Part shown: positions 48,041-63,454 of the stretch, in pieces
How positions within the stretch are numbered: the stretch's first letter is position 1
Layout of the letters: every line of letters starts with the position of its first letter
Origin: Strigamia acuminata
Taxonomy: Eukaryota
NCBI GenBank assembly: GCA_949358305.1
Contig: OX442314.1
Coordinates: 30,876,001 to 30,940,000 of the forward strand
Reading direction: 5' to 3'
Length of the DNA: 64,000 nucleotides
The notes under the pieces: model-generated
What the model was told of the DNA's origin: nothing
What the model saw: the letters and a program-made list of their open reading frames with translations, nothing else
Databases searched by the model: none
Position numbers and translations under genes: made by a program

Positions 48041-49406
48041 CACGTATCACAGTGAAAAAAAAACGTCAAAAACAAATTTAAAAAAATGCAGTTTTACCTT
48101 CTACAATGTCCTAGTGGCCCGGGTGAAGTTGGGGGCCAAAACCTAGAAAAATAGGAAGAAATAAAACACAAAAAATCGATTTCTTTGCAGAAATGGCAAA
48201 AAAATCAACAGAGAACGAGCAAATACTCATCTAAAATCTAAAATCCATCCTCGGGGTCCTTTGGGCAGTCGAAAGTAGCTGGAATATAAAATAAAAATTA
48301 AATTACACACCGCAAATCGCTTGAAAAACCTCAACAAAAATTAAGCCTACTCACTGCATACGCACGCGGTCGGGGCCGTTCCACGGGTGTTTGGCCGGTC
48401 GGAAATAGCTGAAATATAAAATATAAACTAAATTAAACACCACAAATCGATTAAAAAACCTCATCATCATCATCATCAAAATCAAACAACACACCTACCG
48501 GTAGTGGAACATGGCTGCCGAGTGTCATCACGCTCAACAACAATCACAACCATCACAAAAATCACAATAAAATGGCTGCCTCGCTCGAGCTCTTCACCCG
48601 ACCGATTTACTTTGTCGAATGGCACCATCCTGTCCGTGCACGAAGACTTTATGTAGACTAGACTATATATAGTAACCACCCAGATACACATAGACCTATA
48701 CTTATATATAAATAATATAATGTTTTGTACCTATCTAGAAATAAGTAGGCCTAAATTTAACATGCAATTGCATGTTAATCTGGGCACAAGTAGCGAAAAT
48801 GACGCTCTTGACATCGCTCCAAAACCCGAGTTAGATCACAGATCACAGATCAGCTCTTAAAACTCTTGAATTTACTCGCTAGAGTGCGTCCATTAAGAAT
48901 TAAATTCAATTTAAAAATTAAAAATTCGATTAAAAATTAAAATTAAAATTAAAAATTGAAATTACCGGTATTTCATTATTTACAATTGAAATTATCTAGA
49001 AATTATCTAGATTACACGCAGTCGGAGTCGGACAGCATCTATACATCTATATTCTATCCGTGTTGTTTTAAACCTAACCGATGCGATCGACGTGTTGCCT
49101 AAAATCTACAAATCCAGCCGCTCCGAACTAACTCACCGATGAGCAGCGATTGATTAATTTATTGTATCAACCAAATTTCACTTTTCATTTTTCATTTTTC
49201 CCTTTTTTTCATTTCTAATTTCTCATTTTTAACTTCTAACTTTTATTAGTTCTACCAAACGAATACGGCGTCACCCAGCGCAAAGTAGCTTTGCTTCCAG
49301 GCACCAAAAACATTATTAAAGACGATTTTAGACTCTTGACAAATTTATCCTCTTTTATTATGAAACCTACTTACGTTAGTTAATTCTGCTTTCTCTTTTA
49401 AATATA

Positions 49407-50132
49407 ATGGCGCAAAAGAAAGCGGTTAGACCGACGATCAACGGCGTCAAGACGACTAAAAAGACTGTCGATGAGGATAATGTCAAAAACGAGGCTTCGA
49501 CGACGACCGAGACGAACGATTTTCCACAAAACGACTCGACAAACGCCAATAAAACGAACGAACCCGAAACGACAACAATTCCTACACCGGACGAAACCAC
49601 GACCAAAATGTCGACAGATTTCGACGTCCTCCTCAAGCCAACAACATCAATCGAGCTGAAGAAAGTGACGACACAAATCAAGACAACTCTTCGTCCGAAA
49701 CTCAGTTTAAAACCGCACGAATTACGCAACGAAACGATCGGAAACGACGTCACATCTCAGTCCCGTCTTCGAACAATAAGCAGCGAGACACCCAGATCAA
49801 CATCGCCCAAAAAATCCACTCACAACACGGACGAAAATGCCCCATTGAGTCGCCCATTGGTCTACGTGTCCTCGACATCTTTCCGACACAATCGCACGAC
49901 TTCAAAACCAAACGAAACGACACCAGACGTGGCAAACACCAACACCAAACCCCCACGCACCAAACCCACTCTATTCCCATCCTCCAGAACCAGAATTGAC
50001 ATCACAACCAAACCACTAACAACCAGACATCGTTCAACTAACATTGCAACACAAACAACAAAACATCGTTCAACTGACATCACTACAAAACCACTAACGA
50101 CCAGACATCGTTCAACCACAAAAGGGACGACG

Positions 50133-50163
<31 letters not shown>

Positions 50164-51539
50164 CCAGTACAACAACAAAAAAGACGACAACAACACCCAT
50201 AGCATCAACAACTCCAATTTCGTCTCAACCGGTCGAAGACTTTGACGAGATCGAAGCGTCATTCGTTGACGGCATATTTGGTTTGCGGCTCCCGACAGAC
50301 TTCGACACAGACGGCGAAATAGACACAAAAACTACACCAAAACCAATCAAAACTGCAAAAACATTGGCAACCAAACAACCGAGCAAGCAAAGCAGATTCC
50401 CGACTACTACCGTCGGGTTATCCGAGGCTACGAAACCGAAAAACCAAAAGACGAAACCGTTTGCCGAGCACGAGCGCGACAACACGCGAGACAACACGAT
50501 CGGGCGACTGCAGCACAGCGAATCGGTTTTGATTCTCAGCACGACGCCGTACCCTCGAATCCGTCCGAATTGGCACCGACGGAACCAAACCCGACCCACC
50601 ACCGTGATAACCAACACGCAAATATCGGCCCTGGACGAAATGGTCATGAAATACCTAACGTCGACCACCCGCGCGTCCAAACTGACCGACGATTTTGACG
50701 CTTTCATTCTGACCGATCCGTTCGACACGAACAAAATCAAAACGAGCACCGCGGAGCCCAAAATGGACCCTGAGATCATCCCCGGTTACTTCACCGACGT
50801 TACCACGAAAGCGGAAAGCGTCACGCGACCCTCCAAAGTGACCACCATTTTGACCAGCGGTCAGTTTCCGGTCATAGAAAAAGTGAACAACTTTAAATCG
50901 TCGCAAGCCGTTGGCGGGAATAACCTCGGGTTTCACCTACCGCCCAGTTTTTGGCCCACTCGTTACGCACTGACCACAACGCCGACGTTGCAAGCGCCGA
51001 AACGACAACGGTTGTTGTTTTCGTCCAAACGGAGACTCTCCGGTCAACATCGGCAGTCGCGGCGGTCCACGTACGATTACGGGTCGGTCACGTCGCCGTC
51101 GCCGAGTTTGATCGAGGACGACGTCACGGACACGTTGGTCAAGTTCGGGGTCCGTCTCGCGCGCTCGAAACGCGAGGAGAAGTCGCCGGCGGTCGTCAAT
51201 CCGTTCCCGGAACACGTTGCGACGTACCAGCATCCGTTTTTCGGCCAAGTCGGCGTGTTGTTCAACAAGACGTCGGGCACGTTGCAGATGGAGTACGGGT
51301 TTTACGGGAAGGCGCATTTGTTGCCGTACGTGCAGAGCAATACGTTTCTGCTGCGATTTTTCAGCGCCGTTTGGTACGTGTCGGAAAGCGACGACAGCAG
51401 ACGGCTACCGAGGAGTGTTTTCATGGTCCATTTCAAGGGGGGTTCGTCGGACGGGCGACCGGAACGATTTATTGTGCCTTTCTTCGATCCCCGATTGCCG
51501 CCTACGTTCGTTAGGGTTAGGTCTTCGGATAGGAAATAA
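49407..51539 (+). CDS. Truncated duplicate of the last exon: mucin-like region plus C-terminal domain (710 aa), array unit 2
   Basis: Open frame from the parent's internal Met (MAQKK...); lacks the signal peptide and beta-lactamase domain; expression unknown. Confidence 0.5.
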
Positions 51540-54076
51540 ATAGAAGTTGGAAAGATATGGGGAGTGTTTGAGTATAATTATAGCGTTTTCTTGCTTTCTT
51601 TTTCACTACATTTTAATTGTTTTATTACTGTTACGATGGGAAAAAAGGAGCTTAATAATTGCCAAAAAACATTTTTTTTTTTACTCATTAATTTGAAATG
51701 TAAATAAAATAAAATAATTCTCCGATTTTTTCTTTTTTTGATGTGGAATTACGATCAAGCAGTCCTGCAGTTTGGGTTTAATTAAAATGTGGTTGGTCGA
51801 CTCTGTTTTGGAGTGTGAGTTCAGTTTGACTGACGATGGTTGCAATAAACAAACCCTGTCCGCCGGTAATGAACCGTAGTGGAAACTGAAATAATCCTCC
51901 GAGTTTATTATATTTTAATGTGGGAAACTCGAATAATATTTCTTTGCAAACCTGAGTTTCTTTCTGCACACGTTTGAAAGCGATAATTATACAATAATAC
52001 AATAGCTTCCAATGAAGCAAATCTCATTTCATGGCAATGCAGTTTCTGGGTCCAGCTCCGAATGGGATGAGATACGTAAAAGGATTTACTGCGATTTGCT
52101 TTGTTTTCGGGAGAAAAACAAACCTGTTTTGAAGCAAAATAAACACAAGAAAACAGATTAAATTAAAGACTCTCTTATTTTACGAATCAATATACCTTTC
52201 AGGATCAAATGTTTGTAGATTAATTAGATTAGATTAAATTAAACCCGAATCCATTTTCATCCACAAAAATGCATTTTTACAGAAAAAAAAATCCATTTTT
52301 ACAGAAAAAAAAATCCATTTTTACAGAAAAAAAAATCCATTTTTACAGAAAAAAAAATCCATTTTCATCCACAAAAATGCATTTTGAGACAAAAAAAAGC
52401 ATTGACACAAAAAATGCATTTTCGGACAAAAGAAAGCATTTTGTTTTGAGACAAAAAAAAATGCATTTTGAGACAAAAAAAAAATCTATTTTCGTACACA
52501 AAAATGTATTTTGAGACAAAAAAAAGCATTTTGACACAAAAAATGCATTTTTATAGAAAAAAAAATCCATTTTCATCCACAAAAATGCATTTTGAGACAA
52601 AAAAAAGCATTTTGACACAAAAAAAGCATTTTGACACAAAAAATGCATTTTGACACAAAAAATGCATTTTCGGACAAAAGAAAGCATTTTGTTTTGAGAC
52701 AAAAAAAATGCACGTATCACAGTGAAAAAAAAACGTCAAAAACAAATTTAAAAAAATGCAGTTTTACCTTCTACAATGTCCTAGTGGCCCGGGTGAAGTT
52801 GGGGGCCAAAACCTAGAAAAATAGGAAGAAATAAAACACAAAAAATCGATTTCTTTGCAGAAATGGCAAAAAAATCAACAGAGAACGAGCAAATACTCAT
52901 CTAAAATCTAAAATCCATCCTCGGGGTCCTTTGGGCAGTCGAAAGTAGCTGGAATATAAAATAAAAATTAAATTACACACCGCAAATCGCTTGAAAAACC
53001 TCAACAAAAATTAAGCCTACTCACTGCATACGCACGCGGTCGGGGCCGTTCCACGGGTGTTTGGCCGGTCGGAAATAGCTGAAATATAAAATATAAACTA
53101 AATTAAACACCACAAATCGATTAAAAAACCTCATCATCATCATCATCAAAATCAAACAACACACCTACCGGTAGTGGAACATGGCTGCCGAGTGTCATCA
53201 CGCTCAACAACAATCACAACCATCACAAAAATCACAATAAAATGGCTGCCTCGCTCGAGCTCTTCACCCGACCGATTTACTTTGTCGAATGGCACCATCC
53301 TGTCCGTGCACGAAGACTTTATGTAGACTAGACTATATATAGTAACCACCCAGATACACATAGACCTATACTTATATATAAATAATATAATGTTTTGTAC
53401 CTATCTAGAAATAAGTAGGCCTAAATTTAACATGCAATTGCATGTTAATCTGGGCACAAGTAGCGAAAATGACGCTCTTGACATCGCTCCAAAACCCGAG
53501 TTAGATCACAGATCACAGATCAGCTCTTAAAACTCTTGAATTTACTCGCTAGAGTGCGTCCATTAAGAATTAAATTCAATTTAAAAATTAAAAATTCGAT
53601 TAAAAATTAAAATTAAAATTAAAAATTGAAATTACCGGTATTTCATTATTTACAATTGAAATTATCTAGAAATTATCTAGATTACACGCAGTCGGAGTCG
53701 GACAGCATCTATACATCTATATTCTATCCGTGTTGTTTTAAACCTAACCGATGCGATCGACGTGTTGCCTAAAATCTACAAATCCAGCCGCTCCGAACTA
53801 ACTCACCGATGAGCAGCGATTGATTAATTTATTGTATCAACCAAATTTCACTTTTCATTTTTCATTTTTCCCTTTTTTTCATTTCTAATTTCTCATTTTT
53901 AACTTCTAACTTTTATTAGTTCTACCAAACGAATACGGCGTCACCCAGCGCAAAGTAGCTTTGCTTCCAGGCACCAAAAACATTATTAAAGACGATTTTA
54001 GACTCTTGACAAATTTATCCTCTTTTATTATGAAACCTACTTACGTTAGTTAATTCTGCTTTCTCTTTTAAATATA

Positions 54077-54802
54077 ATGGCGCAAAAGAAAGCGGTTAGA
54101 CCGACGATCAACGGCGTCAAGACGACTAAAAAGACTGTCGATGAGGATAATGTCAAAAACGAGGCTTCGACGACGACCGAGACGAACGATTTTCCACAAA
54201 ACGACTCGACAAACGCCAATAAAACGAACGAACCCGAAACGACAACAATTCCTACACCGGACGAAACCACGACCAAAATGTCGACAGATTTCGACGTCCT
54301 CCTCAAGCCAACAACATCAATCGAGCTGAAGAAAGTGACGACACAAATCAAGACAACTCTTCGTCCGAAACTCAGTTTAAAACCGCACGAATTACGCAAC
54401 GAAACGATCGGAAACGACGTCACATCTCAGTCCCGTCTTCGAACAATAAGCAGCGAGACACCCAGATCAACATCGCCCAACAAATCCACTCACAACACGG
54501 ACGAAAATGCCCCATTGAGTCGCCCATTGGTCTACGTGTCCTCGACATCTTTCCGACACAATCGCACGACTTCAAAACCAAACGAAACGACACCAGACGT
54601 GGCAAACACCAACACCAAACCCCCACGCACCAAACCCACTCTATTCCCATCCTCCAGAACCAGAATTGACATCACAACCAAACCACTAACAACCAGACAT
54701 CGTTCAACTAACATTGCAACACAAACAACAAAACATCGTTCAACTGACATCACTACAAAACCACTAACGACCAGACATCGTTCAACCACAAAAGGGACGA
54801 CG

Positions 54803-54833
<31 letters not shown>

Positions 54834-56209
54834 CCAGTACAACAACAAAAAAGACGACAACAACACCCATAGCATCAACAACTCCAATTTCGTCTCAACC
54901 GGTCGAAGACTTTGACGAGATCGAAGCGTCATTCGTTGACGGCATATTTGGTTTGCGGCTCCCGACAGACTTCGACACAGACGGCGAAATAGACACAAAA
55001 ACTACACCAAAACCAATCAAAACTGCAAAAACATTGGCAACCAAACAACCGAGCAAGCAAAGCAGATTCCCGACTACTACCGTCGGGTTATCCGAGGCTA
55101 CGAAACCGAAAAACCAAAAGACGAAACCGTTTGCCGAGCACGAGCGCGACAACACGCGAGACAACACGATCGGGCGACTGCAGCACAGCGAATCGGTTTT
55201 GATTCTCAGCACGACGCCGTACCCTCGAATCCGTCCGAATTGGCACCGACGGAACCAAACCCGACCCACCACCGTGATAACCAACACGCAAATATCGGCC
55301 CTGGACGAAATGGTCATGAAATACCTAACGTCGACCACCCGCGCGTCCAAACTGACCGACGATTTTGACGCTTTCATTCTGACCGATCCGTTCGACACGA
55401 ACAAAATCAAAACGAGCACCGCGGAGCCCAAAATGGACCCTGAGATCATCCCCGGTTACTTCACCGACGTTACCACGAAAGCGGAAAGCGTCACGCGACC
55501 CTCCAAAGTGACCACCATTTTGACCAGCGGTCAGTTTCCGGTCATAGAAAAAGTGAACAACTTTAAATCGTCGCAAGCCGTTGGCGGGAATAACCTCGGG
55601 TTTCACCTACCGCCCAGTTTTTGGCCCACTCGTTACGCACTGACCACAACGCCGACGTTGCAAGCGCCGAAACGACAACGGTTGTTGTTTTCGTCCAAAC
55701 GGAGACTCTCCGGTCAACATCGGCAGTCGCGGCGGTCCACGTACGATTACGGGTCGGTCACGTCGCCGTCGCCGAGTTTGATCGAGGACGACGTCACGGA
55801 CACGTTGGTCAAGTTCGGGGTCCGTCTCGCGCGCTCGAAACGCGAGGAGAAGTCGCCGGCGGTCGTCAATCCGTTCCCGGAACACGTTGCGACGTACCAG
55901 CATCCGTTTTTCGGCCAAGTCGGCGTGTTGTTCAACAAGACGTCGGGCACGTTGCAGATGGAGTACGGGTTTTACGGGAAGGCGCATTTGTTGCCGTACG
56001 TGCAGAGCAATACGTTTCTGCTGCGATTTTTCAGCGCCGTTTGGTACGTGTCGGAAAGCGACGACAGCAGACGGCTACCGAGGAGTGTTTTCATGGTCCA
56101 TTTCAAGGGGGGTTCGTCGGACGGGCGACCGGAACGATTTATTGTGCCTTTCTTCGATCCCCGATTGCCGCCTACGTTCGTTAGGGTTAGGTCTTCGGAT
56201 AGGAAATAA
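54077..56209 (+). CDS. Truncated duplicate ORF (710 aa), array unit 3
   Basis: As for unit 2. Confidence 0.5.
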
Positions 56210-58746
56210 ATAGAAGTTGGAAAGATATGGGGAGTGTTTGAGTATAATTATAGCGTTTTCTTGCTTTCTTTTTCACTACATTTTAATTGTTTTATTACTG
56301 TTACGATGGGAAAAAAGGAGCTTAATAATTGCCAAAAAACATTTTTTTTTTTACTCATTAATTTGAAATGTAAATAAAATAAAATAATTCTCCGATTTTT
56401 TCTTTTTTTGATGTGGAATTACGATCAAGCAGTCCTGCAGTTTGGGTTTAATTAAAATGTGGTTGGTCGACTCTGTTTTGGAGTGTGAGTTCAGTTTGAC
56501 TGACGATGGTTGCAATAAACAAACCCTGTCCGCCGGTAATGAACCGTAGTGGAAACTGAAATAATCCTCCGAGTTTATTATATTTTAATGTGGGAAACTC
56601 GAATAATATTTCTTTGCAAACCTGAGTTTCTTTCTGCACACGTTTGAAAGCGATAATTATACAATAATACAATAGCTTCCAATGAAGCAAATCTCATTTC
56701 ATGGCAATGCAGTTTCTGGGTCCAGCTCCGAATGGGATGAGATACGTAAAAGGATTTACTGCGATTTGCTTTGTTTTCGGGAGAAAAACAAACCTGTTTT
56801 GAAGCAAAATAAACACAAGAAAACAGATTAAATTAAAGACTCTCTTATTTTACGAATCAATATACCTTTCAGGATCAAATGTTTGTAGATTAATTAGATT
56901 AGATTAAATTAAACCCGAATCCATTTTCATCCACAAAAATGCATTTTTACAGAAAAAAAAATCCATTTTTACAGAAAAAAAAATCCATTTTTACAGAAAA
57001 AAAAATCCATTTTTACAGAAAAAAAAATCCATTTTCATCCACAAAAATGCATTTTGAGACAAAAAAAAGCATTGACACAAAAAATGCATTTTCGGACAAA
57101 AGAAAGCATTTTGTTTTGAGACAAAAAAAAATGCATTTTGAGACAAAAAAAAAATCTATTTTCGTACACAAAAATGTATTTTGAGACAAAAAAAAGCATT
57201 TTGACACAAAAAATGCATTTTTATAGAAAAAAAAATCCATTTTCATCCACAAAAATGCATTTTGAGACAAAAAAAAGCATTTTGACACAAAAAAAGCATT
57301 TTGACACAAAAAATGCATTTTGACACAAAAAATGCATTTTCGGACAAAAGAAAGCATTTTGTTTTGAGACAAAAAAAATGCACGTATCACAGTGAAAAAA
57401 AAACGTCAAAAACAAATTTAAAAAAATGCAGTTTTACCTTCTACAATGTCCTAGTGGCCCGGGTGAAGTTGGGGGCCAAAACCTAGAAAAATAGGAAGAA
57501 ATAAAACACAAAAAATCGATTTCTTTGCAGAAATGGCAAAAAAATCAACAGAGAACGAGCAAATACTCATCTAAAATCTAAAATCCATCCTCGGGGTCCT
57601 TTGGGCAGTCGAAAGTAGCTGGAATATAAAATAAAAATTAAATTACACACCGCAAATCGCTTGAAAAACCTCAACAAAAATTAAGCCTACTCACTGCATA
57701 CGCACGCGGTCGGGGCCGTTCCACGGGTGTTTGGCCGGTCGGAAATAGCTGAAATATAAAATATAAACTAAATTAAACACCACAAATCGATTAAAAAACC
57801 TCATCATCATCATCATCAAAATCAAACAACACACCTACCGGTAGTGGAACATGGCTGCCGAGTGTCATCACGCTCAACAACAATCACAACCATCACAAAA
57901 ATCACAATAAAATGGCTGCCTCGCTCGAGCTCTTCACCCGACCGATTTACTTTGTCGAATGGCACCATCCTGTCCGTGCACGAAGACTTTATGTAGACTA
58001 GACTATATATAGTAACCACCCAGATACACATAGACCTATACTTATATATAAATAATATAATGTTTTGTACCTATCTAGAAATAAGTAGGCCTAAATTTAA
58101 CATGCAATTGCATGTTAATCTGGGCACAAGTAGCGAAAATGACGCTCTTGACATCGCTCCAAAACCCGAGTTAGATCACAGATCACAGATCAGCTCTTAA
58201 AACTCTTGAATTTACTCGCTAGAGTGCGTCCATTAAGAATTAAATTCAATTTAAAAATTAAAAATTCGATTAAAAATTAAAATTAAAATTAAAAATTGAA
58301 ATTACCGGTATTTCATTATTTACAATTGAAATTATCTAGAAATTATCTAGATTACACGCAGTCGGAGTCGGACAGCATCTATACATCTATATTCTATCCG
58401 TGTTGTTTTAAACCTAACCGATGCGATCGACGTGTTGCCTAAAATCTACAAATCCAGCCGCTCCGAACTAACTCACCGATGAGCAGCGATTGATTAATTT
58501 ATTGTATCAACCAAATTTCACTTTTCATTTTTCATTTTTCCCTTTTTTTCATTTCTAATTTCTCATTTTTAACTTCTAACTTTTATTAGTTCTACCAAAC
58601 GAATACGGCGTCACCCAGCGCAAAGTAGCTTTGCTTCCAGGCACCAAAAACATTATTAAAGACGATTTTAGACTCTTGACAAATTTATCCTCTTTTATTA
58701 TGAAACCTACTTACGTTAGTTAATTCTGCTTTCTCTTTTAAATATA

Positions 58747-59472
58747 ATGGCGCAAAAGAAAGCGGTTAGACCGACGATCAACGGCGTCAAGACGACTAAA
58801 AAGACTGTCGATGAGGATAATGTCAAAAACGAGGCTTCGACGACGACCGAGACGAACGATTTTCCACAAAACGACTCGACAAACGCCAATAAAACGAACG
58901 AACCCGAAACGACAACAATTCCTACACCGGACGAAACCACGACCAAAATGTCGACAGATTTCGACGTCCTCCTCAAGCCAACAACATCAATCGAGCTGAA
59001 GAAAGTGACGACACAAATCAAGACAACTCTTCGTCCGAAACTCAGTTTAAAACCGCACGAATTACGCAACGAAACGATCGGAAACGACGTCACATCTCAG
59101 TCCCGTCTTCGAACAATAAGCAGCGAGACACCCAGATCAACATCGCCCAAAAAATCCACTCACAACACGGACGAAAATGCCCCATTGAGTCGCCCATTGG
59201 TCTACGTGTCCTCGACATCTTTCCGACACAATCGCACGACTTCAAAACCAAACGAAACGACACCAGACGTGGCAAACACCAACACCAAACCCCCACGCAC
59301 CAAACCCACTCTATTCCCATCCTCCAGAACCAGAATTGACATCACAACCAAACCACTAACAACCAGACATCGTTCAACTAACATTGCAACACAAACAACA
59401 AAACATCGTTCAACTGACATCACTACAAAACCACTAACGACCAGACATCGTTCAACCACAAAAGGGACGACG

Positions 59473-59503
<31 letters not shown>

Positions 59504-60873
59504 CCAGTACAACAACAAAAAAGACGACAACAACACCCATAGCATCAACAACTCCAATTTCGTCTCAACCGGTCGAAGACTTTGACGAGATCGAAGCGTC
59601 ATTCGTTGACGGCATATTTGGTTTGCGGCTCCCGACAGACTTCGACACAGACGGCGAAATAGACACAAAAACTACACCAAAACCAATCAAAACTGCAAAA
59701 ACATTGGCAACCAAACAACCGAGCAAGCAAAGCAGATTCCCGACTACTACCGTCGGGTTATCCGAGGCTACGAAACCGAAAAACCAAAAGACGAAACCGT
59801 TTGCCGAGCACGAGCGCGACAACACGCGAGACAACACGATCGGGCGACTGCAGCACAGCGAATCGGTTTTGATTCTCAGCACGACGCCGTACCCTCGAAT
59901 CCGTCCGAATTGGCACCGACGGAACCAAACTCGACCCACCACCGTGATAACCAACACGCAAATATCGGCCCTGGACGAAATGGTCATGAAATACCTAACG
60001 TCGACCACCCGCGCGTCCAAACTGACCGACGATTTTGACGCTTTCATTCTGACCGATCCGTTCGACACGAACAAAATCAAAACGAGCACCGCGGAGCCCA
60101 AAATGGACCCTGAGATCATCCCCGGTTACTTCACCGACGTTACCACGAAAGCGGAAAGCGTCACGCGACCCTCCAAAGTGACCACCATTTTGACCAGCGG
60201 TCAGTTTCCGGTCATAGAAAAAGTGAACAACTTCAAATCGTCGCAAGCCGTTGGCGGGAATAACCTCGGGTTCCACCTACCGCCCAGTTTTTGGCCCACT
60301 CGGTACGCGCTGACCACAACGCCGACGTTGCAAGCGCCGAAACGACAACGGTTGTTGTTTTCGTCCAAGAGGAGACTCTCCGGTCAACATCGGCAGTCGC
60401 GGCGGTCCACGTACGATTACGGGTCGGTCACTTCGCCGAGTTTGATCGAGGACGACGTCACGGACACGTTGGTCAAGTTCGGGGTCCGTCTCGCGCGGTC
60501 GAAACGCGAGGAGAAGTCGCCGGCGGTTGTCAATCCGTTCCCGGAACACGTTGCGACGTACCAGCATCCGTTTTTCGGCCACGTCGGCGTGTTGTTCAAT
60601 AAGACGTCGGGGACGTTGCAGATGGAGTACGGGTTTTACGGGAAGGCGCATCTGTTGCCGTACGTGCAGAGCAATACGTTTTTGCTGCGATTTTTCAGCG
60701 CCGTTTGGTACGTGTCGGAAAGCGACGACAGCAGACGGCTACCGAGGAGTGTTTTCATGGTCCATTTCAAGGGGGGTTCGTCGGACGGGCGACCGGAACG
60801 ATTTATTGTGCCTTTCTTCGATCCCCGATTGCCGCCTACGTTCGTTAGGGTTAGGTCTTCGGATAGGAAATAA
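58747..60873 (+). CDS. Truncated duplicate ORF (708 aa), array unit 4
   Basis: As for unit 2, with an in-frame 6-bp deletion, a Q>H change and several private synonymous changes. Confidence 0.5.
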
Positions 60874-63454
60874 ATAGAAGTTGGAAAGATATGGGGAGTG
60901 TTTGAGTATAATTATAGCGTTTTCTTGCTTTCTTTTTCACTACATTTTAATTGTTTTATTACTGTTACGATGGGAAAAAAGGAGCTTAATAATTGCCAAA
61001 AAACATTTTTTTTTTTACTCATTAATTTGAAATGTAAATAAAATAAAATAATTCTCCGATTTTTTCTTTTTTTGATGTGGAATTACGATCAAGCAGTCCT
61101 GCAGTTTGGGTTTAATTAAAATGTGGTTGGTCGACTCTGTTTTGGAGTGTGAGTTCAGTTTGACTGACGATGGTTGCAATAAACAAACCCTGTCCGCCGG
61201 TAATGAACCGTAGTGGAAACTGAAATAATCCTCCGAGTTTATTATATTTTAATGTGGGAAACTCGAATAATATTTCTTTGCAAACCTGAGTTTCTTTCTG
61301 CACACGTTTGAAAGCGATAATTATACAATAATACAATAGCTTCCAATGAAGCAAATCTCATTTCATGGCAATGCAGTTTCTGGGTCCAGCTCCGAATGGG
61401 ATGAGATACGTAAAAGGATTTACTGCGATTTGCTTTGTTTTCGGGAGAAAAACAAACCTGTTTTGAAGCAAAATAAACACAAGAAAACAGATTAAATTAA
61501 AGACTCTCTTATTTTACGAATCAATATACCTTTCAGGATCAAATGTTTGTAGATTAATTAGATTAGATTAAATTAAACCCGAATCCATTTTCATCCACAA
61601 AAATGCATTTTTACAGAAAAAAAAATCCATTTTTACAGAAAAAAAAATCCATTTTTACAGAAAAAAAAATCCATTTTTACAGAAAAAAAAATCCATTTTT
61701 ACAGAAAAAAAAATCCATTTTTACAGAAAAAAAAATCCATTTTCATCCACAAAAATGCATTTTGAGACAAAAAAAAGCATTGACACAAAAAATGCATTTT
61801 CGGACAAAAGAAAGCATTTTGTTTTGAGACAAAAAAAAATGCATTTTGAGACAAAAAAAAAATCTATTTTCGTACACAAAAATGTATTTTGAGACAAAAA
61901 AAAGCATTTTGACACAAAAAATGCATTTTTATAGAAAAAAAAATCCATTTTCATCCACAAAAATGCATTTTGAGACAAAAAAAAGCATTTTGACACAAAA
62001 AAAGCATTTTGACACAAAAAATGCATTTTGACACAAAAAATGCATTTTCGGACAAAAGAAAGCATTTTGTTTTGAGACAAAAAAAATGCACGTATCACAG
62101 TGAAAAAAAAACGTCAAAAACAAATTTAAAAAAATGCAGTTTTACCTTCTACAATGTCCTAGTGGCCCGGGTGAAGTTGGGGGCCAAAACCTAGAAAAAT
62201 AGGAAGAAATAAAACACAAAAAATCGATTTCTTTGCAGAAATGGCAAAAAAATCAACAGAGAACGAGCAAATACTCATCTAAAATCTAAAATCCATCCTC
62301 GGGGTCCTTTGGGCAGTCGAAAGTAGCTGGAATATAAAATAAAAATTAAATTACACACCGCAAATCGCTTGAAAAACCTCAACAAAAATTAAGCCTACTC
62401 ACTGCATACGCACGCGGTCGGGGCCGTTCCACGGGTGTTTGGCCGGTCGGAAATAGCTGAAATATAAAATATAAACTAAATTAAACACCACAAATCGATT
62501 AAAAAACCTCATCATCATCATCATCAAAATCAAACAACACACCTACCGGTAGTGGAACATGGCTGCCGAGTGTCATCACGCTCAACAACAATCACAACCA
62601 TCACAAAAATCACAATAAAATGGCTGCCTCGCTCGAGCTCTTCACCCGACCGATTTACTTTGTCGAATGGCACCATCCTGTCCGTGCACGAAGACTTTAT
62701 GTAGACTAGACTATATATAGTAACCACCCAGATACACATAGACCTATACTTATATATAAATAATATAATGTTTTGTACCTATCTAGAAATAAGTAGGCCT
62801 AAATTTAACATGCAATTGCATGTTAATCTGGGCACAAGTAGCGAAAATGACGCTCTTGACATCGCTCCAAAACCCGAGTTAGATCACAGATCACAGATCA
62901 GCTCTTAAAACTCTTGAATTTACTCGCTAGAGTGCGTCCATTAAGAATTAAATTCAATTTAAAAATTAAAAATTCGATTAAAAATTAAAATTAAAATTAA
63001 AAATTGAAATTACCGGTATTTCATTATTTACAATTGAAATTATCTAGAAATTATCTAGATTACACGCAGTCGGAGTCGGACAGCATCTATACATCTATAT
63101 TCTATCCGTGTTGTTTTAAACCTAACCGATGCGATCGACGTGTTGCCTAAAATCTACAAATCCAGCCGCTCCGAACTAACTCACCGATGAGCAGCGATTG
63201 ATTAATTTATTGTATCAACCAAATTTCACTTTTCATTTTTCATTTTTCCCTTTTTTTCATTTCTAATTTCTCATTTTTAACTTCTAACTTTTATTAGTTC
63301 TACCAAACGAATACGGCGTCACCCAGCGCAAAGTAGCTTTGCTTCCAGGCACCAAAAACATTATTAAAGACGATTTTAGACTCTTGACAAATTTATCCTC
63401 TTTTATTATGAAACCTACTTACGTTAGTTAATTCTGCTTTCTCTTTTAAATATA

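Noticed and set aside
48111..48146. Hairpin plus CTAG suggesting a Helitron end that could explain the tandem array
   Set aside because: Spacing and flanking base do not fit the canonical CTRR|T end, and the array boundary lies inside the host exon rather than at this motif.
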